Assembly (NCBI GenBank): GCA_965223335.1
Contig: OZ244991.1
Span: 2,080,001 to 2,144,000 of the forward strand
Direction: 5' to 3'
DNA from: Thermodesulfobacteriota bacterium
GTDB lineage: Bacteria; Desulfobacterota_D; UBA1144; Nemesobacterales; UBA2774
DNA length: 64,000 nt
A model generated the notes under the pieces. It searched no databases and was not told the DNA's origin. It saw only the letters and a program-made list of their open reading frames with translations. The position numbers and the translations under genes were made by a program. Of this stretch, positions 41,481-51,296 are shown piece by piece. How positions within the stretch are numbered: the stretch's first letter is position 1; each line of letters starts with the position of its first letter.

Positions 41481-41698
41481 ACTGTTTACCCCCCTCTGTA
41501 TAATAGCATTACTACTGGTTTACAAGTTGCCTAAGCGATATTTTCTTTACTTTTGGGACTCCGAATTCAGGTATTGATAATAACACCGATATAACGAAAT
41601 AGCGAACTTCTGTGAACGACCAGGCTTTCTTGATAATAAGAGCCCGATCCTATATACTTTTCACTTATTTCCAACACATCTAACGGAGAGTAAAAGCC

Positions 41699-42460
41699 AT
41701 GAAATTACAAGATAAAGTCGCACTTATCACGGGTGGCAGCATGGGGCTCGGCAAGGCTACGGCCATACTGTTCGCGGAGGAAGGGGCCAAAGTCACAATC
41801 ACGGGACGTACGGAAGAAACCCTTAAGGCCGTGCAGGACGAGGCCAAATCCAAGGGACTCGATATCGAGTATCTAGTAAGCGATGTATCAAGCGAAGAGG
41901 ACTGCAAATCGGCAGTAGAGCAGGTGGTGGATAAACACGGCAGGATAGACATTCTCTTTAACAACGCCGGGGTATTGTACACGGCTAACACACACGAGAC
42001 TGATACGGAGATATGGGACAAAACCTTCGATATTAACGTGAAGGGAACGTTCTTTATGTCTAAGTTTGCGATCCCGCACATGCTTGAACAGGGCTACGGG
42101 TGTATAGTGAATAACTCTTCAGTGCTGGGGTTAAAGGCAGTGCCGGGAGTGGCCGCTTATAACGCCACAAAGGGTGCGGTGACACAGCTTACACGCAGTA
42201 TGGCGCTTGAGTACGCTGACAAGGGTATTAGGGTAAACGCAATTTGCCCGGGTACGATTGTTACACCTATGGTCGAGGGCCTATTTGATGCTATGCCCGA
42301 CCGCTCAGGGGCCGAGGAGCTCTTTAAGTCGTTTCACCCCATAGGCCGGCTCGGAACCCCGGATGAGATAGCACACTCGGTGCTCTTTTTGTGCGAGGAC
42401 AATGTAGGGTTTATGACCGGTACTATGCTCTCGGTTGATGGCGGCTGGATTGCAAAGTAG
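41699..42460 (+). CDS. Short-chain dehydrogenase/reductase
   Basis: TGGSMGLG, NNAG, YNATK. Confidence 0.93.
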   Translation: MKLQDKVALITGGSMGLGKATAILFAEEGAKVTITGRTEETLKAVQDEAKSKGLDIEYLVSDVSSEEDCKSAVEQVVDKHGRIDILFNNAGVLYTANTHETDTEIWDKTFDINVKGTFFMSKFAIPHMLEQGYGCIVNNSSVLGLKAVPGVAAYNATKGAVTQLTRSMALEYADKGIRVNAICPGTIVTPMVEGLFDAMPDRSGAEELFKSFHPIGRLGTPDEIAHSVLFLCEDNVGFMTGTMLSVDGGWIAK

Positions 42461-42584
42461 TTGCTTTACTTAAACCAGTGGTTTAATTTACAGTATATAA
42501 GTTTTACAAATCACTGGACAATCGTATAAAAAAAATGGTATAAATAAAATGGCGGCAGTTTTCTGTCGGACACAGGAGGTCAGG

Positions 42585-42923
42585 ATGAGGTTTATAACTA
42601 TATCGACAATAGCATTGGTGATGTGCGTGGGGTTTATGGCTGCTGAAGCAGAGGCCGCTCCCTATTACAAGCTTACACCGTCACAAAAACATTTCACGAG
42701 TATTATCCTGCAGTTAAAGACTTTTAGGTCGGTTGAGTGGGAGTCACCGGTGTCGATGTGGGTGAGAGTGTCTTCAGGCGCGCTTGGCGCCAATAAACAG
42801 CAGAGAGCACTAGAGCTCGCAGATGCTATAGCAGACAGAGCACGCGATGCCCTTCATCAGCCTGTTTGTATTCATATATATGCAAAGAAGGGAGAGTCGA
42901 TTGCCAGGTCCTGTGTGTTCTAA
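42585..42923 (+). CDS. Secreted hypothetical protein
   Basis: ATG after AGGAGG RBS, signal peptide ending AEAEA. Confidence 0.65.
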   Translation: MRFITISTIALVMCVGFMAAEAEAAPYYKLTPSQKHFTSIILQLKTFRSVEWESPVSMWVRVSSGALGANKQQRALELADAIADRARDALHQPVCIHIYAKKGESIARSCVF

Positions 42924-42955
42924 TAGCCAATAAATTTTACAAGGAGTGATGGAGG

Positions 42956-43939
42956 ATGATGGCAAAGTCACTAACCGGATTAGGTTTACTTTTACTCGTA
43001 TTTACATTCATAGGGTGTTTGGGCCGGGCCCCGTCGGGTAAAGCTCCAAAGTATGAGAACGAACCGTTTTTATTTAACGCGGATTACGACACGGTTTGGA
43101 ACGCAACTTTGAGTGCAGCACGGGGGTTGGGCTGGGATATACAAAATGCCGACGAGACCACGGGGCGCATAGATTTTGTTCCGTCCTTTGTGATAAACCC
43201 CGAGTTCGACCAATACGTAAGGGTATACCAAGAGCCTACCAACCAAGAGGCCAAGGTTTCAGACGTGCTGCCATATCTGAGAAGGATGACCTATTTCGAT
43301 AAGCTTACTCCACCCCCTGCCCCTCCTCATCCCTATTTTACACGAGAGACACTAAGCATTGACGTGACTGAGTTCACTGCTAACAGCACTAAAGTGTTTG
43401 CAAAATATCAGATCGACCCGTTTTTTGATTACAAGATAGGGTATTTGGGCTCGGTACCGTCCAAGGGCGTGCTTGAGAACCAACTTTTTGACCGGATTGC
43501 CGAGATTATTGCGGGTAAAAGGCACCCGGCTCCTGTACCCCCTCCCCCGCCGCCGCATGTGGAATATAACTTAAACGATATATTCTTTGATTTTGATAAA
43601 TCGGCCATAAGGGCAGATGCAATCCCAGTGCTTGAAGAAAATGCCGAGATCATTAAAAGCAATCCTCAGATCATGGTGCTAATAAAGGGGTATGCCGACG
43701 TGCGGGGATCTAGGTCCTACAACAAGGGCCTTGCCAAGAGGCGTGCCGAGGCTACAAAAGCATTCTTGGTCGGGCAAGGTATATCGCCGGGCCGTTTGCT
43801 TACAATGAGCAGGGGCGAGACGATGATATTCGCCGAGGGTAAGACCGAGGAGGCGTTCCAGCTTAACCGCCGCTCTCACTTTATCCCTGTGCTGGAAGGC
43901 GAGATCCCTGGAATTATGCTTGAGCTCGAGGGTCCTTGA
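42956..43939 (+). CDS. OmpA-domain lipoprotein
   Basis: FIGC lipobox, Pro-rich linker, IFFDFDKS, GYAD.RG...YN, NRR. Confidence 0.87.
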   Translation: MMAKSLTGLGLLLLVFTFIGCLGRAPSGKAPKYENEPFLFNADYDTVWNATLSAARGLGWDIQNADETTGRIDFVPSFVINPEFDQYVRVYQEPTNQEAKVSDVLPYLRRMTYFDKLTPPPAPPHPYFTRETLSIDVTEFTANSTKVFAKYQIDPFFDYKIGYLGSVPSKGVLENQLFDRIAEIIAGKRHPAPVPPPPPPHVEYNLNDIFFDFDKSAIRADAIPVLEENAEIIKSNPQIMVLIKGYADVRGSRSYNKGLAKRRAEATKAFLVGQGISPGRLLTMSRGETMIFAEGKTEEAFQLNRRSHFIPVLEGEIPGIMLELEGP

Positions 43940-44002
43940 GATATGTCGGGTGCCTCAAAGACTTTGAATTTATAGATGTACAAGCGGTAACCGGAACAGT
44001 GG

Positions 44003-45028
44003 TTAGATGAAAAACCCGTGGATTCTCTCGATGAGCCAAAACGCTGCTATGGAACCAACTGCGTAGGCCGCGGGTTTTTCGAGTCTTCGTATTGACTTAG
44101 CTTGAGTGCCTGATATCGCCTGCAATAATTTATACAAACCCAAAAGGCATGCGATAAATATAACCTGACCTATCTCTACACCCACATTAAAAAATAGCAG
44201 GCTCACAGGTATCTGTGTCTGGGGGAGTCCTATGTCCTTTAGCACCGATGCGAACCCGAACCCGTGAAGGAGCCCGAAAAGCACTGCTACCATAAGGGGG
44301 AATTTGTATGTGAGAGTGTCGCGCTTTTGCCCCGCAATCTCGGTGGCGAGAAACACTATGCTAAGCGCTATCACCGCCTCGACCGGGGGTACAGAGATGT
44401 TTACTATATTTAGAGCCGATAACCCGAGAGTGATGGAGTGAGCAATTGTAAACCCGGTGATTGTTATTAGAATTCGCCTCGTTGTCCCGGCGATGATCAA
44501 AAGACAGACTAAAAAAAGAAGATGGTCCCACCCCTCCCAGATATGTGTAATTCCCAATAGCGTGTACTGCTTGGCTACACTGAGACGGTCTTCTTTTTCG
44601 GGTACTTGCCAGCTATGCTCGCCGGCTTTAAGGAGCTTGGTGTGTTTGGTGCCCTCGAGCGTCTGTACCCTGATGAGTGCTGAGACCGAGGGTGTGAGAA
44701 TGGGGAACTCAAACCCTATAGTTTTGCCGGCAATGCCCCGGGGGCAGTTGAATATCTGTTTATTGACATACGCCCCTGGGATTCCCGACATTGTTTCTCG
44801 GCTAACCGATTCGCAGTCCCGGGGAAACACTAACTCTGGTACATTGAAGTCGGGTATGGACTTTGGGGTTTTCCACACTACAGTGTAGAGCCCGGGGCCG
44901 GTCTCTTTAATATCAAAGTGGATGGGCCTGCTTTCGTGGGCCTGTGTTGTAAAAGGGAGTGCAGTAAACACGATTAAAACAAGTGTTAATACGGCAAAAT
45001 AACGTAGCTCATTGTAGGCAAGCATCAT
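44003..45028 (-). CDS. HupE/UreJ family protein
   Basis: AHE signal end, GITHIWEGWDHLLF, FTIAHSITL, FGLLHGFGFA, FNVGVEIGQ. Confidence 0.9.
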   Translation of the reverse strand: MMLAYNELRYFAVLTLVLIVFTALPFTTQAHESRPIHFDIKETGPGLYTVVWKTPKSIPDFNVPELVFPRDCESVSRETMSGIPGAYVNKQIFNCPRGIAGKTIGFEFPILTPSVSALIRVQTLEGTKHTKLLKAGEHSWQVPEKEDRLSVAKQYTLLGITHIWEGWDHLLFLVCLLIIAGTTRRILITITGFTIAHSITLGLSALNIVNISVPPVEAVIALSIVFLATEIAGQKRDTLTYKFPLMVAVLFGLLHGFGFASVLKDIGLPQTQIPVSLLFFNVGVEIGQVIFIACLLGLYKLLQAISGTQAKSIRRLEKPAAYAVGSIAAFWLIERIHGFFI

Positions 45029-45978
45029 TGGGACCCGATTGTTTCGGCTTGGGATTCGACCCCGGGGCCCGGGCCCGGGTTTTTGGGCTCGTTTCTAAAC
45101 CGAATCTCGATATCGTAGGAGTCGATGATCTTTTGTATGTTTTCTTCGCTTAGCTTTTTTGCGTGGTATGCTACGGCGTCATTGCGAACCCTGTCATAAA
45201 TCTCGTCTAGACTCGGGTAACGGCCGTCCTCGCGCTTGGATACATTGACCAGGTGATAGCCGAACGGGGATTTGATGGGGCCTATCCATTCTCCGAACCG
45301 GGACTGATCCAGTGTAAAAAGCTCGTTTTTTAGTGAGGGGCCAAAGTGGCTCTCTACATAGTCCGGGGTGCGTGCAACGTAGTTTGTGTGATAGATAAAC
45401 CTGTCGCCGTGCTCTGTGGATTTATCAAACGGTACGTTATTTTTGGTTAGATAATTTAGTTTGTCTTGGGCAAGCAATTTTGACTCAATGGGGCCGTTCT
45501 TATCTTTATTATAAAAAACGTGTGTAAAGGTGATGTGGGGATCGACGTAGTATAGGTCCTTGTTTTCATTGTAGTATGAGTTTAGTTGCTGTGCGTCTAG
45601 TTTCTTAATATCATCGGAGAGGTTAAGGTTGATAAATTCGAGTTTCTGCACAAGCCTCCTGCGTATAACGTAATCGTCTTGGTCAAGCCCAAGCCCAAGT
45701 GCCTCTCGGTAAAGAACCTCTTCACGCAGGTAATCGTTGATGAGCCTCTTTAGGTCCTGGTCCGACATATTGTCGAGGCGTGTCTCGAGCTCGCCAGGGT
45801 TAAAGACTTTGGAGCGTTTCTGCATGAAGTTAACCAGAGTGTCTCGGTCTACAACTATCCTCTTTGAGAGTGGTTCGGGCTCGGGGTTGTTATTAATCCA
45901 CTCGTAGGCAAGAAATATGGCTAGCCCTATTAGCAGGAAGTGGAAAAGAGGCTGGTTGATCACATATTTCTTAAGCAT
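45025..45978 (-). CDS. Parvulin-like peptidyl-prolyl isomerase (Rotamase_2)
   Basis: PLFHFLLIG, REEVLYREA..LGLD.DD.VIRRRL.QK, W.GPI.S.FGYHLV; start probably 45978 (ORF extends to 46029). Confidence 0.85.
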   Translation of the reverse strand: MLKKYVINQPLFHFLLIGLAIFLAYEWINNNPEPEPLSKRIVVDRDTLVNFMQKRSKVFNPGELETRLDNMSDQDLKRLINDYLREEVLYREALGLGLDQDDYVIRRRLVQKLEFINLNLSDDIKKLDAQQLNSYYNENKDLYYVDPHITFTHVFYNKDKNGPIESKLLAQDKLNYLTKNNVPFDKSTEHGDRFIYHTNYVARTPDYVESHFGPSLKNELFTLDQSRFGEWIGPIKSPFGYHLVNVSKREDGRYPSLDEIYDRVRNDAVAYHAKKLSEENIQKIIDSYDIEIRFRNEPKNPGPGPGVESQAETIGSQ

Positions 45979-46013
45979 TCGAGTGAGTTGGCTCCTGTGA
46001 TTGTTTGCCTGTG

Positions 46014-47825
46014 CTATGGCGTGTACCATATCGGCGAGCTGTATGCGCGTTCCTGAATAGTAGAGGCGTACCCAGTGTCATTGGGGTCCATCCCAAGTGC
46101 AATCGCATCGTAAAGGGAGTTGCGAGGGGTAGGGATCTGGAGCACGCGAACATAATAAAACGCACGTGCAGCGGGGTCGAACTCGGGGTCGGACCACACG
46201 GCTGCAAACTCGGGGTCGCCTATAGTGTTTGTGTATTTACCGGTTTTTAGATCCACGGTGTTGCCTACCGGGGTTTTACCGTCCTTGCGTCCGTCCGAGA
46301 GCGCTACATCAAAGACCTTTTCATGTGTACTGCCGTCCTTATCTAACCAGCCCTTTACGACCTGTATCCTGTCTAGATTAGCCCCTTTGGGGTCTTTGGC
46401 TGCATGGATCAAAAACGCAGGGGCTTTGCCCTCGGGTGCGGATGTGAGATCCCCGCCCATAGGTACTCCTTTACTGTACCCGGTCTGGGCGAAATCATTG
46501 GACTCTGCGTCCTTATTGTTATAGTCCCATCCGCCAAATACACGTAGTGCGATACGGGGCCCAGATGTAGCGTATACCTCTTTTCTCTGGAATGCGTCGT
46601 ATATGGACTGCCTGGTGTTTTCTTCGGCCCACACTGCAGTAAGCCCCGAGGCCGACATGTCCCAACCTCTTATACCGATTGTTAGTTCTTTGGGTCCGTT
46701 TGCGGGGATTGAATCAATCGCAACCTTGCCCCAGAAATTGTCTTCCTCTGCCGTGGCTGCGCCGGTATGAGAATCGGTGGAGCCTATCATGCCGAACTTA
46801 TAGGGGTTGGCGCCGATTTTGTTCTCGAATTCAAGCCCTCTTAAGAGCGCTGACCTTGCGTAGTCGCCCCTTAGAGTGGATTCATCTTCCTTTGATTGAC
46901 CTGTGCCGCTTGCGTCTATCATGTGGCTGAATGTTTCGAAATCTGCAAATTCATCTGTTGTAGAGAGTGCGGGGTGAGTTTCCGAGTCGCCTTTTATCTG
47001 GGTTACCTCTACGACCGGTTCCCACTTCATCCTGGTCCGGGCGTAGCGGGCAGTAAGCGGGTTCCCGGAGCTGTCCACGTCGTTAAACATTAGTCCTCCG
47101 CTTATGTTGGAGTTGTGAGGGATAGCAATGAATGTAGCCCCTGTGTCGGCTGAGGTTTTTTCGAGCCAGGCCCATAGGTCCTCGGGATTACCGCTATCGA
47201 AGGAGTTGTAGGGGATGAATTTGCGCCCTGTTTTGCCGTCTTGGGGAATGAATACTACCCTGTGCAGGTTGTTGCCGTCGGGTGTGGATGTCCACTCCCA
47301 GCCTATAAAGGTGCTGAACTTGCCGGGTTCGTTGTGTCTGTCGGTAATAGCGGTGCTCTCGCTCCAAATACTTGTTTTTACATTGTCGCTGTCCAGGTCT
47401 GAGATAGGAGTGCCGGCATTAATTGCACCGATAAACTCCTCGAATACCTCTACACCCTTGCCCTCTTCTATCATCTTGGTGAACCGTTTCCCGCTTTCAG
47501 TAGAGGAAAGCTCGGGGTCGCCTTTAAAGAGCTTAAAAGGCACACCCATCATCTCGGCATGGTCGGTGATTACTAGGAAATCCAATGGGGTTTCGATCTG
47601 GATCCTTACCTGTGAGTAAGGGTGGACTATTGGGAGCCCTTTGGCGAAATTGTAGGCCGTGTGGGGGTCAGCAGAGCGGTTCTCGAGAAAATAGGCATCG
47701 GGAGAGTAAGAGGTGTGGAGGTGTGTGTCGCCCCAGTAAAGGTTGCGGTCGGGTGTTTCTTGAGCAAGTGCAGTGCCCCCAACAAATAGCAATACGGTTA
47801 TTGCTAAGGATATTGTTTTGTACAT
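46014..47825 (-). CDS. DUF3604 protein (secreted, PHP-like metal ligands), paralog 2
   Basis: Signal peptide; WGDTHLHTSYS, TDHAE, NLHRVV, IPHNSN, STDSH, IQERAYSSPIWY. Confidence 0.9.
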   Translation of the reverse strand: MYKTISLAITVLLFVGGTALAQETPDRNLYWGDTHLHTSYSPDAYFLENRSADPHTAYNFAKGLPIVHPYSQVRIQIETPLDFLVITDHAEMMGVPFKLFKGDPELSSTESGKRFTKMIEEGKGVEVFEEFIGAINAGTPISDLDSDNVKTSIWSESTAITDRHNEPGKFSTFIGWEWTSTPDGNNLHRVVFIPQDGKTGRKFIPYNSFDSGNPEDLWAWLEKTSADTGATFIAIPHNSNISGGLMFNDVDSSGNPLTARYARTRMKWEPVVEVTQIKGDSETHPALSTTDEFADFETFSHMIDASGTGQSKEDESTLRGDYARSALLRGLEFENKIGANPYKFGMIGSTDSHTGAATAEEDNFWGKVAIDSIPANGPKELTIGIRGWDMSASGLTAVWAEENTRQSIYDAFQRKEVYATSGPRIALRVFGGWDYNNKDAESNDFAQTGYSKGVPMGGDLTSAPEGKAPAFLIHAAKDPKGANLDRIQVVKGWLDKDGSTHEKVFDVALSDGRKDGKTPVGNTVDLKTGKYTNTIGDPEFAAVWSDPEFDPAARAFYYVRVLQIPTPRNSLYDAIALGMDPNDTGYASTIQERAYSSPIWYTP

Positions 47826-47869
47826 GCTGTGTTACCTCCCCGTTGTTATTTTTATATTGCTTGTCTCGT

Positions 47870-49666
47870 TTAAGGTGTGTACCAGATGGGGGATGTATAG
47901 GCCCTTTCCTGTATAGTTGCCGGGTGTCCTGTGTCTTTGGGGTCGATCTGAAGCGCTACCGAGTCGTAAAGAGAGTTTCTGGGTGTGGGAATTTGGAGTA
48001 CCCTTACGTAGTAAAAGGCATGCGCTGCAGGGTCAAATTCAGGGTCACTCCACACCGTCGCAAACTCCGTGGCCCCGATGGTATTGGTGTATTGAGCCGT
48101 CTTTGTATCCACAGTGTTGCCCACAGGGTCTGAACCTGATTTGCGCCCGTCTGAGAGTGCTACGTCAAATACCTTTTCGTGGGTTTTCCCCTCTTTATCG
48201 AGCCAACCTTTAACAACCTGTACCCTATCTAGGTTAGCCCCTTTGGGGTCTTTGGCAGCGTGGATAAGGAACGAGGGGGCTTTGCCATCGGGTGCTGATG
48301 CGAGATCCCCTCCCATGGGGACACCTTTGTTGTAGCCTGTTTTGGCCAGCTCTTTTGATTGCGAGTCTTTTTTGTTGTAGTCCCAACCGCCAAAGAAACG
48401 TACCTGGAGGCGGGGGCCTGTGGTGGCGTAGATCTCTTTGCGGCGGAATGCGTCGAAGATGGCCTCGCGAGTGTTATCGGTGGCCCACACCGCTGCCAGA
48501 CCCGCGGCACTCATATCAAAGCCGTTTGCGCCGGGGATGATCTCCTCGGTCTTAGTCCCCGGGGTCGAATCAAACGCAAACTTGCCCCAGAAGTTGTCTT
48601 CCTCTGCCGATGCCATCGAGGTATGGGAATCTGTGGATCCTATTAGGCCGAATTTATAGGGGTTTACACCGGTTTTGCTCTCGATCTCTAGCCCGCGTTT
48701 TAGTGCCGAGCGTACGTAGTCGCCTGGGGATGCCTCGGGAGTAGATACGTTTTCACCCACCTCAATCACATGTGCGTATGTCTCGTAATCGGCGAATTCG
48801 TCTTCGGGAGAGAGCGAGGGATAGGTCTCGGAATCGCCCTTGATCTGGGTTACTTCCACGACGGGCTCCCACTGCATTCTGGTCTTGGCATATTCAGCCG
48901 TGATGGGGTTGCCGCTGCTGTCTACGTCGTTGAACATAAGCCCTTTGCTGATGTTGGAGTTGTGGGGAATTGCTAGAAGATCGATATTGTTGGTCTCGGA
49001 GGTCTTGCTCATCCAAGCCCATAGGTCTTCGGGCTTGTTGCTGTCGAATGATGAGAAGGGCATAAACTTTGTACCCGCGTCTTTGCCCTCGCGGAGCACC
49101 ACTACACGGTGTAGGTTGGCACCTTCGGGGGTTGAGGACCATTCCCAGCCCAAAAATGTTGTGAATTTCCCTGGGTTGTTGTGCCTTTCGGCAGCGTCCA
49201 TGATCTCACCCCAGACCGATTTTTTGATCTCGGGGGTGTTTAATTCGTCTATGTCATCGTTCTTGTTTACAGATTCGATCAATATTGCAAATGCCTCTGT
49301 CTCTTTGCCCTGATTGGCCAGGTCTAAAAACAGTTTGCCGAACTCGGTGTCGGCTACTGCGGGATCTTTGGCAAAGAGCATCGGGATAACACCCATGTAT
49401 TCGCTGTGGTCAGACACTACAAGAAAATCTAGTGGCGTGTGGATCTGGATCTTGGTCTTGTTAAACGGGTGCACAACGGGCTCACCCTTGGCGTAACGGT
49501 ATGCAGTGTCGGGATCGGCACTGCGGTTCTGAAGCAGATAAGCATCGGGTGAGTAGGAGGTGTGTAGGTGTGTATCGCCCCAGTAAAGTTTTGTTTCCTC
49601 CTCGGCTGCTGCGGGTCCAACAAATAGCACTAAAGCGACTGCGAATACAAATAGGTGTTTAATCAT
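47870..49666 (-). CDS. DUF3604 protein (secreted, PHP-like metal ligands), paralog 1
   Basis: Same motif set as paralog 2; ATG at 49666 preceded by GGGGGAG (ORF extends to 49678). Confidence 0.9.
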   Translation of the reverse strand: MIKHLFVFAVALVLFVGPAAAEEETKLYWGDTHLHTSYSPDAYLLQNRSADPDTAYRYAKGEPVVHPFNKTKIQIHTPLDFLVVSDHSEYMGVIPMLFAKDPAVADTEFGKLFLDLANQGKETEAFAILIESVNKNDDIDELNTPEIKKSVWGEIMDAAERHNNPGKFTTFLGWEWSSTPEGANLHRVVVLREGKDAGTKFMPFSSFDSNKPEDLWAWMSKTSETNNIDLLAIPHNSNISKGLMFNDVDSSGNPITAEYAKTRMQWEPVVEVTQIKGDSETYPSLSPEDEFADYETYAHVIEVGENVSTPEASPGDYVRSALKRGLEIESKTGVNPYKFGLIGSTDSHTSMASAEEDNFWGKFAFDSTPGTKTEEIIPGANGFDMSAAGLAAVWATDNTREAIFDAFRRKEIYATTGPRLQVRFFGGWDYNKKDSQSKELAKTGYNKGVPMGGDLASAPDGKAPSFLIHAAKDPKGANLDRVQVVKGWLDKEGKTHEKVFDVALSDGRKSGSDPVGNTVDTKTAQYTNTIGATEFATVWSDPEFDPAAHAFYYVRVLQIPTPRNSLYDSVALQIDPKDTGHPATIQERAYTSPIWYTP

Positions 49667-49757
49667 TATCTCCCCCATGTTCCTATTATTTTTTTCGGTT
49701 ATAGAAACTTACCCCAATTCATGCGAGCTATTCAAATTATTATATAGGAACCTTAGA

Positions 49758-49793
49758 GATAATCAATAATGATAATAAATAATTATTGATTAT
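49758..49793. promoter_or_regulatory. Putative Fur-family operator upstream of the DUF3604 operon
   Basis: Perfect 12-bp inverted repeat ATAATCAATAAT-N11-ATTATTGATTAT built from GATAAT-like hexamers. Confidence 0.5.
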
Positions 49794-49937
49794 TACTTGT
49801 TAGAAGCAATGACTATTTACAAGTAAATTTAATATTAGCAACCGGATAGGTAAGGTAACTAATAAAGTTGTCTAAGCTTTGGCTATATGAAAAAATCTGT
49901 TATTAACTCGCTAGCGTCTACAGCGTGTAATTGTTTT

Positions 49938-51134
49938 CTAGCGAAGCCTCATGGAAGGCAGGTTGGTATGGAATGTAGTCCCCACACCTAATTGAGAATC
50001 GGCCCAGATGTTGCCGCGGTGTTTCTCAATGATCTCTTTACAGTTTGCGAGTCCAAGCCCTGTGCCCTCGGACCGAGTGGTGAAGTAGGGGTTAAATACT
50101 TTATCCAGATTTTCTTTGGGGATGCCTACTCCCTCGTCACTAACGCTAACGGATACATATTGGCCGGGGTCCAATCCGTACGGGTTTTTGTTTTCGAGCT
50201 CGGTATTCTCGGCGCTGATTTGGATGGTGCCCCCATCGGGCATTGATTGAGTGGCATTAATAATAAGGTTACTGAACACACGGGTGAGTTGGGTGCTGTC
50301 GCCGTTTACAATGTGGAGGTTGTCGGGGATATCGTGCTTAATCTCAAACATAGTGCTCGTGTTGCATATACGTGAGGCCTCTTCCAAAAGGTCCTTTAGG
50401 TAGATCGGGCCCTGTTCGGATTTTTTGTTGCCTTTAATTATATTGGACAGGTTTTTGCTGAGGTCGATTGCTTTGTCCGATGCGTGCTGTGCGTTTTTTA
50501 GGTATGTGGATAGTCGATTCAATATTGTATCTTTAGTTGTTTTTGCCTTTAATTCGATTTCGGCCATATCAATATTTGCTTTTATGGCTGTCATGAAGTT
50601 GTTAAAGTCGTGGGTGACACCTGCAACAGTGTTTGTAATATATTTATATCTCTCAAGACGTAGCATCTGTTTCTGGAATGTTTTTTTGTAGGATCGGTGT
50701 CGTAATGTTAGAACGTAACGGTCTAGGCCTTCGCTTGTAATATATGACATGGTGTTGCCGCTCAGCTGGATATAGCGTTGGTCAGTGGTTAGGATTTTGC
50801 ACTTTATAGGAGTACCGTTATCGGAGTTCTGGGCTTTGTTAAGACGGTCGGAAAACCCCGGCTTATCTTTTATATGCATTAAATCGTATATATTTGTGCT
50901 GAGTATATCTTCGGCAGGGTGGCCTGTCAGGGGTTCAATATGGGCATTGGTGTATAATATCTGGCCTAGTTCGTCTATTTCAAAAACCAAATAAGAGACG
51001 TTGTTGAGTATGCTGCGGTAGGCCTCTTCGCTGCGAATATGATCCACTGTGCTTTGCCGAGCTGCTAGGGCTGCGGGATCAAAACTCTCGATGCTCGTTA
51101 TTTCATTGTCTATTAAACCATGCTGGTCACTCAT
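49938..51134 (-). CDS. Cytoplasmic PAS histidine kinase
   Basis: PAS, VAGVTHDFNN H-box, NPYFTT, GTGLGL; start probably 51134 (ORF extends to 51194). Confidence 0.88.
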   Translation of the reverse strand: MSDQHGLIDNEITSIESFDPAALAARQSTVDHIRSEEAYRSILNNVSYLVFEIDELGQILYTNAHIEPLTGHPAEDILSTNIYDLMHIKDKPGFSDRLNKAQNSDNGTPIKCKILTTDQRYIQLSGNTMSYITSEGLDRYVLTLRHRSYKKTFQKQMLRLERYKYITNTVAGVTHDFNNFMTAIKANIDMAEIELKAKTTKDTILNRLSTYLKNAQHASDKAIDLSKNLSNIIKGNKKSEQGPIYLKDLLEEASRICNTSTMFEIKHDIPDNLHIVNGDSTQLTRVFSNLIINATQSMPDGGTIQISAENTELENKNPYGLDPGQYVSVSVSDEGVGIPKENLDKVFNPYFTTRSEGTGLGLANCKEIIEKHRGNIWADSQLGVGTTFHTNLPSMRLR

Positions 51135-51296
51135 CTGGGGCCCCCATAACCAATTTTGCCTTAATAATATCAATGTAGTATAGCACATTATCAATATCTA
51201 TATATACACATACTACAATAATTATGGGAGTTCGGGAGCTGGATCGGAATGCCTCGACTTAATGAATTGCCGTGGGGTGTATGGCGTGATAAGGGA

